Source of the DNA: Eutreptiella sp. 'Long Island Sound 2002' | Lineage: Eukaryota > Protista > Euglenida | Direction: 5' to 3' | Assembly: GCA_964036045.1 (NCBI GenBank) | Contig: OZ038378.1 | Location: forward strand, 157,542,001-157,606,000 | DNA length: 64,000 nt | In this document: positions 1-13,000 of the stretch, piece after piece | Numbering within the stretch: position 1 is the stretch's first letter | How the letters are laid out: the number at the start of each line of letters is the position of its first letter | The notes under the pieces: model-generated | What the model was told of the DNA's origin: nothing | Databases searched by the model: none | The model's input: only the letters and a program-made list of their open reading frames with translations | Position numbers and translations under genes: made by a program

Positions 1-550
1 TTACAGTAGAGTCCTCAAGGTTGCTGTGCGTGTGTTCAATCAGTGTGTGGAAACTTGGTATTACAGTAGAGTCCTCAAGGTTGCTGTGCGTGTGTTCAAT
101 CAGTGTGTGGAAACTTGGTATTACAGTAGAGTCCTCAAGGTTGCTGTGCGTGTGTTCAATCAGTGTGTGGAAACTTGGTATTACAGTAGAGTCCTCAAGG
201 TTGCTGTGCGTGTGTTCAATCAGTGTGTGGAAACTTGGTATTACAGTAGAGTCCTCAAGGTTGCTGTGCGTGTGTTCAATCAGTGTGTGGAAACTTGGTA
301 TTACAGTAGAGTCCTCAAGGTTGCTGTGCGTGTGTTCAATCAGTGTGTGGAAACTTGGTATTACAGTAGAGTCCTCAAGGTTGCTGTGCGTGTGTTCAAT
401 CAGTGTGTGGAAACTTGGTATTACAGTAGAGTCCTCAAGGTTGCTGTGCGTGTGTTCAATCAGTGTGTGGAAACTTGGTATTACAGTAGAGTCCTCAAGG
501 TTGCTGTGCGTGTGTTCAATCAGTGTGTGGAAACTTGGTATTACAGTAGA
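1..550. repeat. Perfect 60-bp tandem repeat (9 full copies plus 10 nt), runs off the left edge; probably intronic to the NEF1-like gene
   Basis: Lines 1-540 are identical copies of TTACAGTAGAGTCCTCAAGGTTGCTGTGCGTGTGTTCAATCAGTGTGTGGAAACTTGGTA; no spacers. Confidence 0.98.
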
Positions 551-969
551 TACTCATTGAGGTGCATCATCAATAACGAAGAACACCTTCTTTTGTGATG
601 GTTTTTAGGGCTGGAGTCAGTGGCCAGGGGTTTATTTAATGCATCAGGATTTGCACATGGGCGCCACTCTATGCAGCAGTTGTGGGACAGGGAAACGAAG
701 ATGAGAGATGCCGAAGGTGTCAGCAGCACATCAGCATGCGAAAAAGCAATATCGATCCAGAATGCGCAGGCGGTGGCGGAAAGACAGATGTCCATCAGGG
801 GTGCCGTTTACGCAGTGTCATGTAGGGTGGCTGCGGGATGCACTGTGCACGTGTGGCGCGCATTCGCGAGGACAAGGGCTTTGCACATGGCTCAAAGAGA
901 GAGCGGGACCTGGGGAGGGGTGGGGCGTGACAAGGAGGCAGGTGGTGCGAGTTTCGTCGCCTGTGGCAG

Positions 970-1075
970 GCCTCCATTGTCATGGGGTCCTACATCAGCA
1001 AGTTGGTCGTCTTCGTTGCTGTGTCCTGCACGATCATGAGGGACTACACCACCCAAGACCAACGAGTGTTCTTAG
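970..1075 (+). CDS. NEF1: NEF1-like exon ([35 protein letters not shown])
   Basis: ggcag| acceptor and |gtatg donor; ends phase 1, matching the next exon. Confidence 0.7.
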
Positions 1076-4000
1076 GTATGATCGGCCCCATTGCACCAGG
1101 GTGGCTCCTCGGCCGCCGTGGGATTTGCACAACTGCAGGAATGGGACGCAATCCAACCATCGCGCATGTGGCGTGTCTGTCTTTGACGTGCCCCAACGCA
1201 TGTTGCAATTGAAATGTTGTGGAGGATGCCTCGAGGCATGGGTCAAAACCAGGTCTTCACACGGGGGTGCGACTCCGCGGGTCCTAGGACGCCAACTACC
1301 CCCCCCCCCCCCCCCCCAATGTGTTACGCCGTGATCTGTAGCTGATGGCATTAGGCTCTGGCTGCGCCTGCCCCACAGCTTTCATCGCCCACTGTCCTCA
1401 TCGGCGCATCCAGCGCACTCAGGTCGTCTGGCGTGTTCCGGCCCTCACCTGCCCTGAGTGGTTGGGTTGCGGTCGTCAGGACTCTACTGGATTAGGCGTG
1501 CATGCCGGTCAGGGGTCATTCCGTCACCAGGTGCTCGTGAAGCTGGCTCCCATTTGGCCCTCCCGGATGCGGCGTAGCTTTGGGTCCTTCGGTTGAAAAA
1601 CCCAGTGGGTACAGGCGTTTTGGTTCGGTGGTCAATGACACACAACATACAAGGGGGGGAGGGGGGAGATCTGCTTTGCTGGGAGGTTCTTCGTGGCGGT
1701 AGTGCAACCGGCTGGACCCCTCTATTACCATTGATGCCCCTAGGGGGCCTCAGGAGTCCATGGGCGCCGAAGGCGCCTGATGCTCCACGTGGCACCAAAG
1801 GCGCCCGAAGGAAAATTTGTCCATTTTGCACCCCAGCGGTATCCTTCAACCGAACCCTGACAATAATGCCCACCCCAACCCTAAGCCTAGTCCTACCTTA
1901 CCGCTACCCCTCGCCCTAACCCTCACCCTAACCAGGATTGAATATTGGGACCGAGCTGGTGGGGGAAGGAACATTGTCTAGGAGACTTTAACGACAAATG
2001 AGGTACGCACTGGAAAGTGGACGAGAGCGGCTCAAATGGGGCTCAAAATGAGCTGTATTCATCCTTTTGGGCACCAACTGGACTGGGATCATGTTTGGAA
2101 AACCATGGTTTTGACCCATTTTGGAGCCATTTGTGGTCCCAAAGTGGCCCATTTTCAAGGCCCTTTCAGCCTTGAGAGGGGCCAAAATTGCTCAACATGG
2201 GCTCAAAATGGGCTCATTCCACTTGTTTGTGCACCCCAAATAGTCCAAAGGTATCTTTGGAAAAACACATTTTCATCCATTTTTGACTGATTTTTCGTCC
2301 CAAAACAGCTTTTTTCAAGGCATAGCCACAGCATTCCTTTCCTGGTGCTCTGACTGCCACGTGCGGTTCGGCCGTGATGCCGACCCTCCTCACCCAACAA
2401 CAGTCGTCAAGTGCGCCTGCTTCGGCAGCCCTTCGCACACCGGGGCATCGCGCACCGTTCCCCGTTCATTTGCAGGGTGTGAGATGGTGGCCCTCTTCGT
2501 CACCGTTCAGATCTGCGCGACAATTCTTCTGCTGTTTGAGTTTGAGCTCCAGCAGAAGAAGAAACGGGTGTGTGGCAACGCCGCTTCTGCGGATTGTGTG
2601 GAGCCCATCACACGATAGAGAGGGGAGGGGGAGCCAGGCCTCTGCTAAGTGGGGGCGGGGGCTGGGGGTGACCCCCTGCCCTGGTGAGGGGATGTCAGTA
2701 GGATCCAGCCCCACATGCCGGTCAGCTCAGTAGGAAGGAGCCCCGCCCTGTGGGCAACTGAGTAGGACCCAGCGCGATCCACAAGGCTCATCACTAGGAA
2801 CCCGCCCTGACCACCCCCCGCCCCCACAAAGCAAAGGCCTGGGGGGGGCACACAAACACTGCACGCGAAAGGTGTGTTTGAATGGACAACGAAAGTTCTT
2901 TTGTCTGTGGTCAGACAGCTCGAGTCCAAGTCTCGTCGGTTGGCCCACAACCGCCATTGATGGGCCCACAACCGGCAACCGCTGCAGACCGCCGTTGCTT
3001 AGGCCACTTTCGCCGTCGATTTACTCACCACCACCCCTTCAAGAGCCCATCCGAACCATCTTCAGAGAGTACCGGGTAGAGGACAGCCGTGGATGACGCA
3101 CCCTTGGCCCTCCCAAGGGCTCCATCAAAGGCAGCACTGATTGTGGAGTCGCACCCGCGAAAATTGTTGTCCCGCTCGGTCGACCTGATTTTGGCTCTCC
3201 AACGACCAGTGGCTGGAGTCAGTGGTGAGCAGCTGTGCCCATAAGACTTCCCTTCGCCCTGGGGACGATTGGCCCAAAACGCGCACCCTTCCCAACCTCT
3301 TTGGGGCGGCAGTGTGTGAGCAGTGCCTGGGGCAGCACGACATGGGTGCTCACACAGGCGGGTCCTGCGTGCTGTGGGACGCAAACGCCCTGAAATCACA
3401 CAAATGCAGATATGGCGATCAACAACCTGGAAAAAGTGGCGGTTTGTGCGCAACTCGGCCCACTTGATTCTCCATCCCCGCCCTTGTCCCTTTGGTGGCC
3501 CCAAAAAAGGCTTGAAACAGAAACTGGGGAGGGGGGAGGGGGCGTACCCGCTAAAACATGTGGTGCTGAGTCTGGGCCCCTTTTGTGAGTTCGAATCGAC
3601 CAAATGCAGTATTGTGTGGCACATGCCAGAAACACTTGCAGTGCGGCTCCGGCACTTGTGTGGGGACACCGTGGGAGGGCTCAGGAGTATGGATCTGGAT
3701 CTGGCACCAACCCAACCCCTTGAATGCGGACTGCCCGAGGGGGTTTAACGGCATCGATTGATCACTGCGCTCATCACCCAAAAAGCACTGACCCCTTGAG
3801 GACCAGGGCAGGGCGGACCTCCGCAAACGAAAAGATATCGCAAACGAACCCCGTTGGCCTCCGTGGTCCACCCCCCCCCCTCCCAACGACTCCGTGTGAC
3901 TTACCCCGGGGGGGGGGGGGGGGGGCTTCCGAAGGGGTCGATTTCATGGGCAACTTTTCGCTTTTCAGATTGGTGCCCTGCAGGCCTCTCAGGAGTTGCT

Positions 4001-6702
4001 GGTGCAGTGCGAGCTCCGAATCTGAGCCAGCGACCCCACCAAAGCAACACAAGCCCAAGAAGTTCGGGATCCTGTGTTCCACATGTGGGGAACGGTTCTG
4101 TTTTGATCCATCCGAGCACACTGCGCCCTCAGGGGAACATGCCCAGTACACTGGGGGTTGTACCTGCGGCCGCCTCCAACCGCAGGACGTGATCAGGACA
4201 ACAATTTTCATTGCGACGTACAGCGTTTTGTGGTGCCCGCCGACGCGAGTCCAGCTGCTAACGTGACGGCGGTGTGGGGGTGGGGGGGTGGTAGCCGGTG
4301 GCTGGACGGAATGAACCGGCGGTACCCTCGGCGGCGGTTCGGCTCGGCTGGTTAGGTTCCGGCGGTTCAGCTCGGCGGCGGTGTCGGCCGGCCGAACCAC
4401 CGCCCGGCGGTTCGGCCGGCGTAGGAGCGGTGCACACACAAGGCGGTGCACACAAAAGGCAGTCTATGGCTACCGCAGGAGTCATGTTATTTAGGGGGCC
4501 ACAGGCAAGGCGGTACACACATGACACGGTGCGCACACAAGGCGGGACACACAAAAGGCAGTCTCTGGCCACCGCACGAGTCACGTTATTTAGGGGGCCA
4601 CAAGCAAGGTGGTACTCACATAACGCGGTACACCCACAAGGCGGTGCACACACAAGGCGGTCTGTGGCCACTGCAGGAATCATGTTATTTAAGGGGCCAC
4701 AGGGGGGGGGTTTGCTTTTTCAAGAGGCACATGGGGTGTGGGGTGTATCGGAACAAGCCGGCATTTCGGCCGGCGGGACCACCGTCCGGCGGTTCTGCCG
4801 GCCGAGTCGGCCGGCCGGAATACCGCCCGGCGGTGTCGGCCGGATTTTCGGCCGAAATCCTCGGTGGCGGTCTCGGCCGGCCGGACCTCCGCCCAGCGGT
4901 TTGGCCGGCCGACACCGCCATTGGCTACTTCACTTTCGGCCGAGCCGAACCGCCGCCACGCCTCACCGCCGTTCCATTCCGATGAGGTGTAGCCGGTGGT
5001 GGGGGGCTGGTTGGGTGGTGGTTGGTTGGTCTGGTGACCAGCATCCAAGAGCCTGGGGCCATGTGTGTTTTTCAGGGTCGAAAACTGTCTGATCCGGCCT
5101 GCAATGGCGGGATTTTTGTTTGGGGATTGATTGGCTGCAGCGGCCTGGTCACCCCTCGCCTGTACAGACATGCAGTGCTACAGGCCGTCCAGGCTTTTTG
5201 CGTTGGTCCGCCGCCCATCATCCCAGTGGCAGCCCAGCTTTACCCGTCTCTTTTTGAGGGTCCTGCCACTTCAGGTCCGGTACACCCCCGTGTACAAAGC
5301 GGGATTCCCGCACGCATGGCCTCGCCCCCATCGCCCACAGTGGAGGCGGCAGGTCAAGGCACGCCAGGTCCAGAGCCACACGGGAGACTCCCGGGGTGGC
5401 CAAGGGAAGGCCAGACGAAAGGCCGCATGTTGTTGTTGCAGTTGCTGCCGCTGCCGCTGTGACAGATGTCGTGCATGTTTGTGTGGAGATTGCTGTTGTT
5501 GTTGGAGTGAGAAAAAATTATGTAAAAAAAATTTTTTTTTCTGAGGGTCACGCGAGTACACTCATGTGACCCTTGTCAACACTCGCGTGACACTTCCCCC
5601 TTGTTGTTGGTATGTTGGTGTGGTGGTGGTGGTGTTGTTGTTTGCCGTCTCCCATCTTTCACCTCTTGCCACCGATGCCCTGCTGCACACTGTCAGGCCC
5701 GTCCCAATTTGGCCATCATCTACTCCCTGTGCGCCTTACTGGCCGTGATTCTCTCCCGCCAAGGCATAGTGACAGCCTTCATCCAAATCACTACCGGCGG
5801 CGCGGGGGTCATGGAGGTGAGCTCGTCGCGGTTCCTCGGAATGGTCATCTTCATCTGGGGCCTTACACTGTCCCCCATCTCTTTGAAATACATGAAGCAT
5901 TTGAAGGTCTGCCGTCCCTGTGGGACCGGGCCCCGAATCTCGGATCCTGACCTCAACCCCGCGCCAGATCCTCCGGGGACCTGGAGGACTACACCACCGG
6001 GTAAGGCTTGGGGTTGACACATTCCATAAAGCGCGTGGAGATGTCTGGCCAGCCACTTTGAAGGTGCTGCATCAGTTGCATGAACTGTGCGCGCCAGACT
6101 GGACGTCCCTGGACGTCCCTGGACACACGCACACACACACACACACACGTGGGGCTGGCCCGGCGGCCGCCACGGACCCACCACCCCACAGCCTGGGTGG
6201 TCCTGGGGCAGCACGCCAGGGTCTGGCCTGAAGTGCATATCGCACTGGCCAAGGGCAATACGGGGACGACACACCCCTGGCCTGCACCGAGGGCCTGCTA
6301 CAATGGGGAGCGACCCGACCCGAGGACGCCAGTGTGGCCATGCCGGTCCAAACCGGGAAGACCTGGTAAGAACGGTAGTACACCTGGACACACACCCCCA
6401 GCTGCAACCCCCGCGGGCGCCGGACAGGGTGGCGCACGCACTGTACGCTGCACTGATTTTGGTGCAGGCGACCACAGGGGCCCTGGACCCATACGGGTCT
6501 CCCTCTTTAGTATTGTTCTTCCCCCACCTGGACACACAAACACACACGCACGCACGCACACACGCACCCACCCACCCACCCACCCACCCACCCACACACG
6601 CACGCACGCACACACACACACGCACGCACGCACGCACACACACACACACACGCACACGCACACACACACACACACACACACGCACACACACACACACCCA
6701 CA

Positions 6703-6734
<32 letters not shown>

Positions 6735-6886
6735 CACCCACACACACACACACACGCACGCACACACACATACACACACACACACCCACACACACACGCA
6801 CGCATACACACACACACGCGCGCGCACGCACGCATGCACGCACGCACGCACGCATGCAGACGCACACGCACACGCACACGCACCCG

Positions 6887-6953
<67 letters not shown>

Positions 6954-6954
6954 G

Positions 6955-7001
<47 letters not shown>

Positions 7002-7047
7002 GCACGCACACACACACACACACACAATACACACACACACACCCACA

Positions 7048-7079
<32 letters not shown>

Positions 7080-10000
7080 CACGCACACGCACACACACAC
7101 GCACCCACGCACCCACACACACGCACACGCACGCACGCATGCACGCGCACACACACACACACACACACGCACACACGCACACACACGCACACACACACAC
7201 ACACACACACCCACACACACACGCACGCACGCACGCACGCACGCACGCACATACGCACGCATGCACGTGCACACGCACACCCACACCCACACCCACACCC
7301 ACACCCACACCCACACCCACACCCACACCCACACGCACGCACGCATGCACGCACGCACGCACACACACACACACACACTCTCTCTCTCTTTTTTTTGAGC
7401 GTTTCTGAACTTTTTGCACGTTCTCTGTCTCTGGCCGAGATTGTGTTCGCATAAATTGTACATTGTACATTGTACATTTCAATTCATTGTGGATCATGCC
7501 CCCTGGCGTCCACCTCTGCTGGCACGGGCAGGCTTCACATGCCATTTTCCTGGGACCATGCATATTTTCCGCCATTGATATGCAGAGTATAATAGGCCAG
7601 TAGGAGGCTTCAGAATTGTCAATTTTTTGTCCGCTGACAGGGTATACACATTGCGCCAACACTGCACGGGTCGGTACGTGGCTGTGCACATGCTGAGTAG
7701 TGTATAATGCTTGTTCTCTCCCCTTCGCCCGCCCCCCGCTTCTTCGGCCGTACGCTGTACGTACGTACGTTGAAGGTTCATGTACCTGCCTTGGCATTGC
7801 ACTTGTGGCCTTTGCAGTTGTATGCCAAGCTGACAATCGTGGTGATTGTATTGGGCGCCATCATTGGGCTCGTATCACCGGCCTGGGGAGCGTTGCATGA
7901 CACCAACGTTGACGAGGACATCCACATCTATCAAGCCCCATGGTGTGTGTGCATTGCATGTTTGCGTTTGTGGGGCAAAGGGTGAGCCGTGTGCTTTGAG
8001 AGTGTGTCGGGTGGGAGGGGGCTGGGCGACCTGCCCTGCACTTTTTGACCACGTCCTGCACGTCCCACACATGGCTCTTCTGCTTTCCACACGTCTGACA
8101 CACATACCCATGGGATGTCCTGTACTTGCTCCCCACATGCCTTCACACTTTCTATTGCACATGCATCTAGCTGGAGTGTTTGAGGACCTGGAGAATTGCT
8201 GCTGCGATACACGTGGGTATCTGCCCCTGCGGTTGCCCCCCCCCCCCCCACCCTTTCAAAAAAATACCACTGCCAGGGGAAGCCGGTTTTTCGCTTGCGG
8301 GCGGCGGCGGGGGGGGGGGGGGGGGTCGATAGAGCCCCCGAAAACTGGGGGCTGGGTGTTCGGGAAAAGAGCTCAATTGGCAGGACCATTAATCAGTTAT
8401 TATGAATTCTGGTGCCAAAGGCGCCAAAATTTTTTTGAGCGTTGAAAATGGTCAATTTTTTCACCAAATACATGGCAAATGATGACTTTTCTGAACCCCC
8501 TCGGCGCGCTGATTCCAAAAGTCTCATTTTCATATTTTGCCAAATTTTGGGTCCAGGTCACCTCCGGGGCCCGGGGGTCAGTCTCGGTAGGACTTTTTGG
8601 GGCCCGTCAATTGAGCCTTTTTTTTTGGCGGGGGGCGATCCTAGCCAGAGTTGGGTCACAGAACGGCAAACCTGTACTGATCGCAAGTACAAGAGGGAGC
8701 CCCCAGCCTATGCCCAGCCGCTGTCCCCCTGACCGCAAGTGCCAGCTTCAAGGGCATTTCTAACTGACAGTAACCGCCCCCCACCGCTTTGGCAAGTTCC
8801 TCCAACCGCCTATCTAACCGCTCCTGGGGCCGCCTCTGAGGTCCGTCCCTTCTACTGCAACCCTGCATCACCCCCACCCCCTCTCAGACCCCCCCCCTGC
8901 CACTCCAATTCACAATTTCCTTCCATTTTGATTTGATGGCAAAATTTCCAGTGCTTTTGGTACCAAACCTTTTCCGATATCTGTTGCAAAGGAGGAGGGT
9001 TAGCCCCCCCGCCCTTCCCTCAAGCACATGCCTGCCAAACCCCTTGCGCCATCAGACCCCCTTCTGTGGGATCCACAATGCTGCCTCTTCCGCAAGCGCG
9101 TCGTCAGGAGGCTCCTTTTGTTTTCTGAATTGTGGTGTGCCAGTTTGGCATTTCGTCATTGCAGGTGGATTGGATGGACTGGAACTTTGGCAGGAGCTCT
9201 GTTGATTTGTACCCTGTTCAATGTCATCCAGTTGCCTCACGCGACGCCTGTGCGATACACGTGGTGGGGGGTGATCACTACGATTTCTGCTGTTACGTTC
9301 AGCGAGACCTTTTTGCCGTATGTGCAACTTCACACGGTATGTGGCACTCCTTTCGCTTGGCGACAACGGTGCACGCGGCTGCGATTCCTGTCCTTTTTGC
9401 AGGTCCCGTCACTTGCCGTTGGAATCTTAGAACACAGAAAGCGGATTGCAGAGTGCAGAACGGAGTTTTGCTTTGAAATATGGCAGTTGTTTGTCCTTGG
9501 TGCACGATGTCGTGCACCATCGTGCACCGGGTGCACAATACTACATTTGTGGTGCACGATGCTATATGGGTGGTGCACGATGTCGTGCACCATCGTGCAT
9601 GATGCTATATGTGTGGTGCATGATGTCGTGCACCATCGTGCACCGGGTGCACAATGCTATATGGGTGGTGCATGATGTCGTGCACCATCGTGCACCGGGT
9701 GCACAATGCCATATGGGTGGTGCACGATGTCGTGCACAATCGTGCACCGGGTGCACGATACTACATTTGTGGTGCACGATGTCGTGCACAATCGTGCACC
9801 GGTTGCACGATGCTATATGGGTGGTGCACAATGTCGTGCACCACCGTGCACCGGGTGCTGTTGCCAGAATGGCGATTAAAAACAACACCAGCAGGAGCAC
9901 AGGCCGCAGCGGCCGACAGAAAGCAGCGACCCGACGCAGCACGCAAAGGGAAGAACGGGTGAGTGTCCCGTCCCCATAAAGAAACAACAACCCGACGGAA

Positions 10001-13000
10001 TGTCACACAGGGGGGGCGAGGGTCCCAACGCGAAATCATTGTTGGGGGATTTTTGCAGTAATACACCATACAGTCATCTGTGGCATATCTCAGCAGTGGC
10101 ATGTTGGCAATGCCATGCACACAAGGTCCAGAGCCGGCAGACTGTGCACTCTTGGGGATATCCAAACATCTCAGAAGATTTGGTTAAAGTGTGGCCCAGG
10201 AATGAAAGTCGATGCGTATGTTGCAAGCCGAGTAATTTTTTTCCCTGTAAAGCACCGGGGGCTGCCTCCTCAGTCTGGGTACGCAATCCCCCCCCCCTCC
10301 CCCTTCCTGGCCTCCGGCCACAGTATTAGTTGCAAAAGGCCACCGAGCTGGGCTAAGCTTGCGTCTAACCTGACTGGGGGTGCCAAAGGCGCTCGAAGGA
10401 CAACTTTGTCGATGGTTGGAAATCACATGAATGTCAACGGGGTAGAGGTAATGCCACCCTTTTCTGGTCCAACACTTTAGGGACCCCCAATGGGTTATCT
10501 AGCCACTTTGATTCCTCCCCACTCTGGGGACCCTGAGAAGGTAGGGGTTGTGTCGCCATGTTGATTCCTCCCTCCTGTGGGGACCTGAAGGAAGGTGTTG
10601 GAAAGTGTTTCTAGCCACCCCACATCAGGCACTACACCCAAGCCTTTTTTTAGTGGCGCGCACACCCTCCCCCAGGGGGGGGGTGCCTGCCTGCCTTTTT
10701 GGAAATCCTGGGTGCCCTCAGCGGAAACACCCTCCCCCCCCCCTGGGTGGGGGTAGGCCAAGAGTGGGTTGGCCTTTTTGGGGGACAATATTTGTAAGCA
10801 AAATTTTCATTCTGCCCCTGAGCAGTCAGCAGCCAGATCTGGTCGGTACCCTAGCGGTACTGCACTGCGCCTGTGTTACACAGGTCGTTGGTTCGAACCC
10901 CTAGCGCGAAGGCAATTAATGTGCCAGTGTCAGCAGGCTGCGCCAGGGTGAGATTCTTTGTGGTTTGATAGTGGGTCGGTACTGTGGACAAGGCAGTGAG
11001 TGGGTGCCTGCCTCCTTGACTGGACCCCCCCCCCCCCCAAGGGTAGGGGTAGGACAAAAGCAGTGCCTGCCCTGAAAAAGTGCCTGCCTCCTCCAAGGTT
11101 TCACCCCCCCCCTCCCCCCCCCGTATCACAAAAAAGGCTTGACTACACCCTGCTGATGGCTGATAGTTGTCCTTTGTTGTGGGTAAATGGACCATGTGCA
11201 TTGCCTCCCTCAGCTCAGGTATGGGGTATGGTAGCCCCATCAGTCTCTCCCCTGCCTTGACACCCAGACCACCCCGACCACAAAGTCCTGATTTCTCTGA
11301 AATGCAACTTCCGTTGAGGTTGAAACTTGAGCGTAGGTCTTTCCCCAGAAAGTGTTGCTGGTTGCCCCAGGCCGTGGTTCCATCGCCAGGTGTAGTACAG
11401 TGGAGGCATCTGAGGGACACCCCCCTAAAAAATACCCTGGATTGCCCTATATATATATGGCTATTCCTGGCAGGGCTGCCACTGCAGCAACACCCCATGT
11501 GGGTGGGGCTGGTGCTGCCTCAGAAGAAGGCGAGCCTTAGGGGGCGTTTTCGCACAGCGCGCGCACAGCGCCAATTATTACGATGATTATCCAGGTACCG
11601 AACTCCCGGTGGTGGAGAACAGCCAACTTTTCGCACAGCGCGTGCACAGCGCGGGCACAGCGCGGGCACAGCGCACGGTACGCCCCCTTAGCCTTCTTCT
11701 GAAAGCCGGAGGACAGCGCTATGTAACTGCACTTGGAAAATGTGGAAGGCAGTGGACATGCACACAGACCCCCCTGTACAGTGCAGAAGCCTCACCCTTT
11801 TCACCCTCCGTCCAGCCTGTGCGTCTACTGACCCACAAAGACAAAACGAAAACAGATGGCCAGGTAGACAGCCCACCAGTAGGGCCCCCCCAAGAACCGA
11901 ACCCACACGGCCACCACGCCCACGCCGGAAGAGGCCAACCCCCCCTCCAAGGTCCCCCGCACCCGTGGCAGCCCCCTCAGGCGCCGCTGGACCCATACCA
12001 CCTACCACCCCCACGAAAGATGGATGGATAGATCATTGCCCTTTGTACTATGCAGACGATCTTGGTGTGCGTCATCTTCGGGTTGGTGGTCCTGACCATC
12101 GATTTGGCGCACTTCCCCAAGGCAACCAACGAGTACACCCCTGCAATGGTGGTGTATCTGGCGATGATTGCGGTGTCCATCCTGCTGTACGTGGCCGTGC
12201 AAGGCGCAGGTAAGCCCTGCCCCCCCTGATCCAGGTGCATCCCAAGTGAAGCACTCGGCGTTTGGTCCTGCAGCGAGGAGAGTCCCCTTCTCCATTGGAC
12301 CGCCTCACTGACCCTCTCTCCACAGGGGGTCCTCCCTGCACCAGCACTGACAATGCCGTTGCAGTGGCATGCCAGAATGGGTTTTGATAAAGGGAATGTG
12401 TGCAGAGCATGTGCACGCCGCACACACACCGCAGGTAGTCTACGCAGCCAATTTCGGACGTTTCAGGGTGTTTACAATATTCTTGCCCATCCACAATGCC
12501 CCCCAGCCCCCCGAGGTATGGACCTCCATGTCGCCCCCCCTCCCCCCGTCGAAGACGACCGCGACGGTGCTTTTCCAGACTCGCTGCCTCTGCCCTGGGG
12601 CTGACACTAATGATGGCGAAAGTGAACATTACGGTGGCGGGTGCAAACATGTTGACAAATGGTTTCCCAAAACACTGAATTCCTGTATGAAATGGCAAGT
12701 TGTACCCCAAGTGTCGAAAGTGGGTGTCATGTGTGAAGCCCGACTGTAAAGAATGTGCATCACATGTGTCTCCCAGCCTTTTCTGTTTTTGCAGCACTAC
12801 ACAATGTGCTCCCCAGTCCCTTGCGGCTCTTCCCTCGCCTCCCCTCATGGTTTGAAACACAGTGGTCCCTGTGGTGTGACGGGCAGCACCATAGTTGGAC
12901 AAGATTTTCTTGTGCTGCGCATAATTGGTCGAGAGTTTCTTGTGCTGCGCTTCTGCTGTGTATCGTAAAGGGGATGTTGTCATGCAATGCCCCCTACCCC

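Noticed and set aside
1-550. CRISPR array or spliced-leader RNA gene array
   Set aside because: Units are contiguous and identical with no spacers; the unit does not contain any euglenozoan or dinoflagellate SL sequence I know
5720-7836. Long ORFs of 318-585 aa on both strands
   Set aside because: They are translations of the (CA)n/(CACG)n microsatellite
12578-12660. Extra NEF1-like exon ([18 protein letters not shown])
   Set aside because: The exon at 16270 matches the expected NEF1 segment better and is phase-compatible directly with 12209
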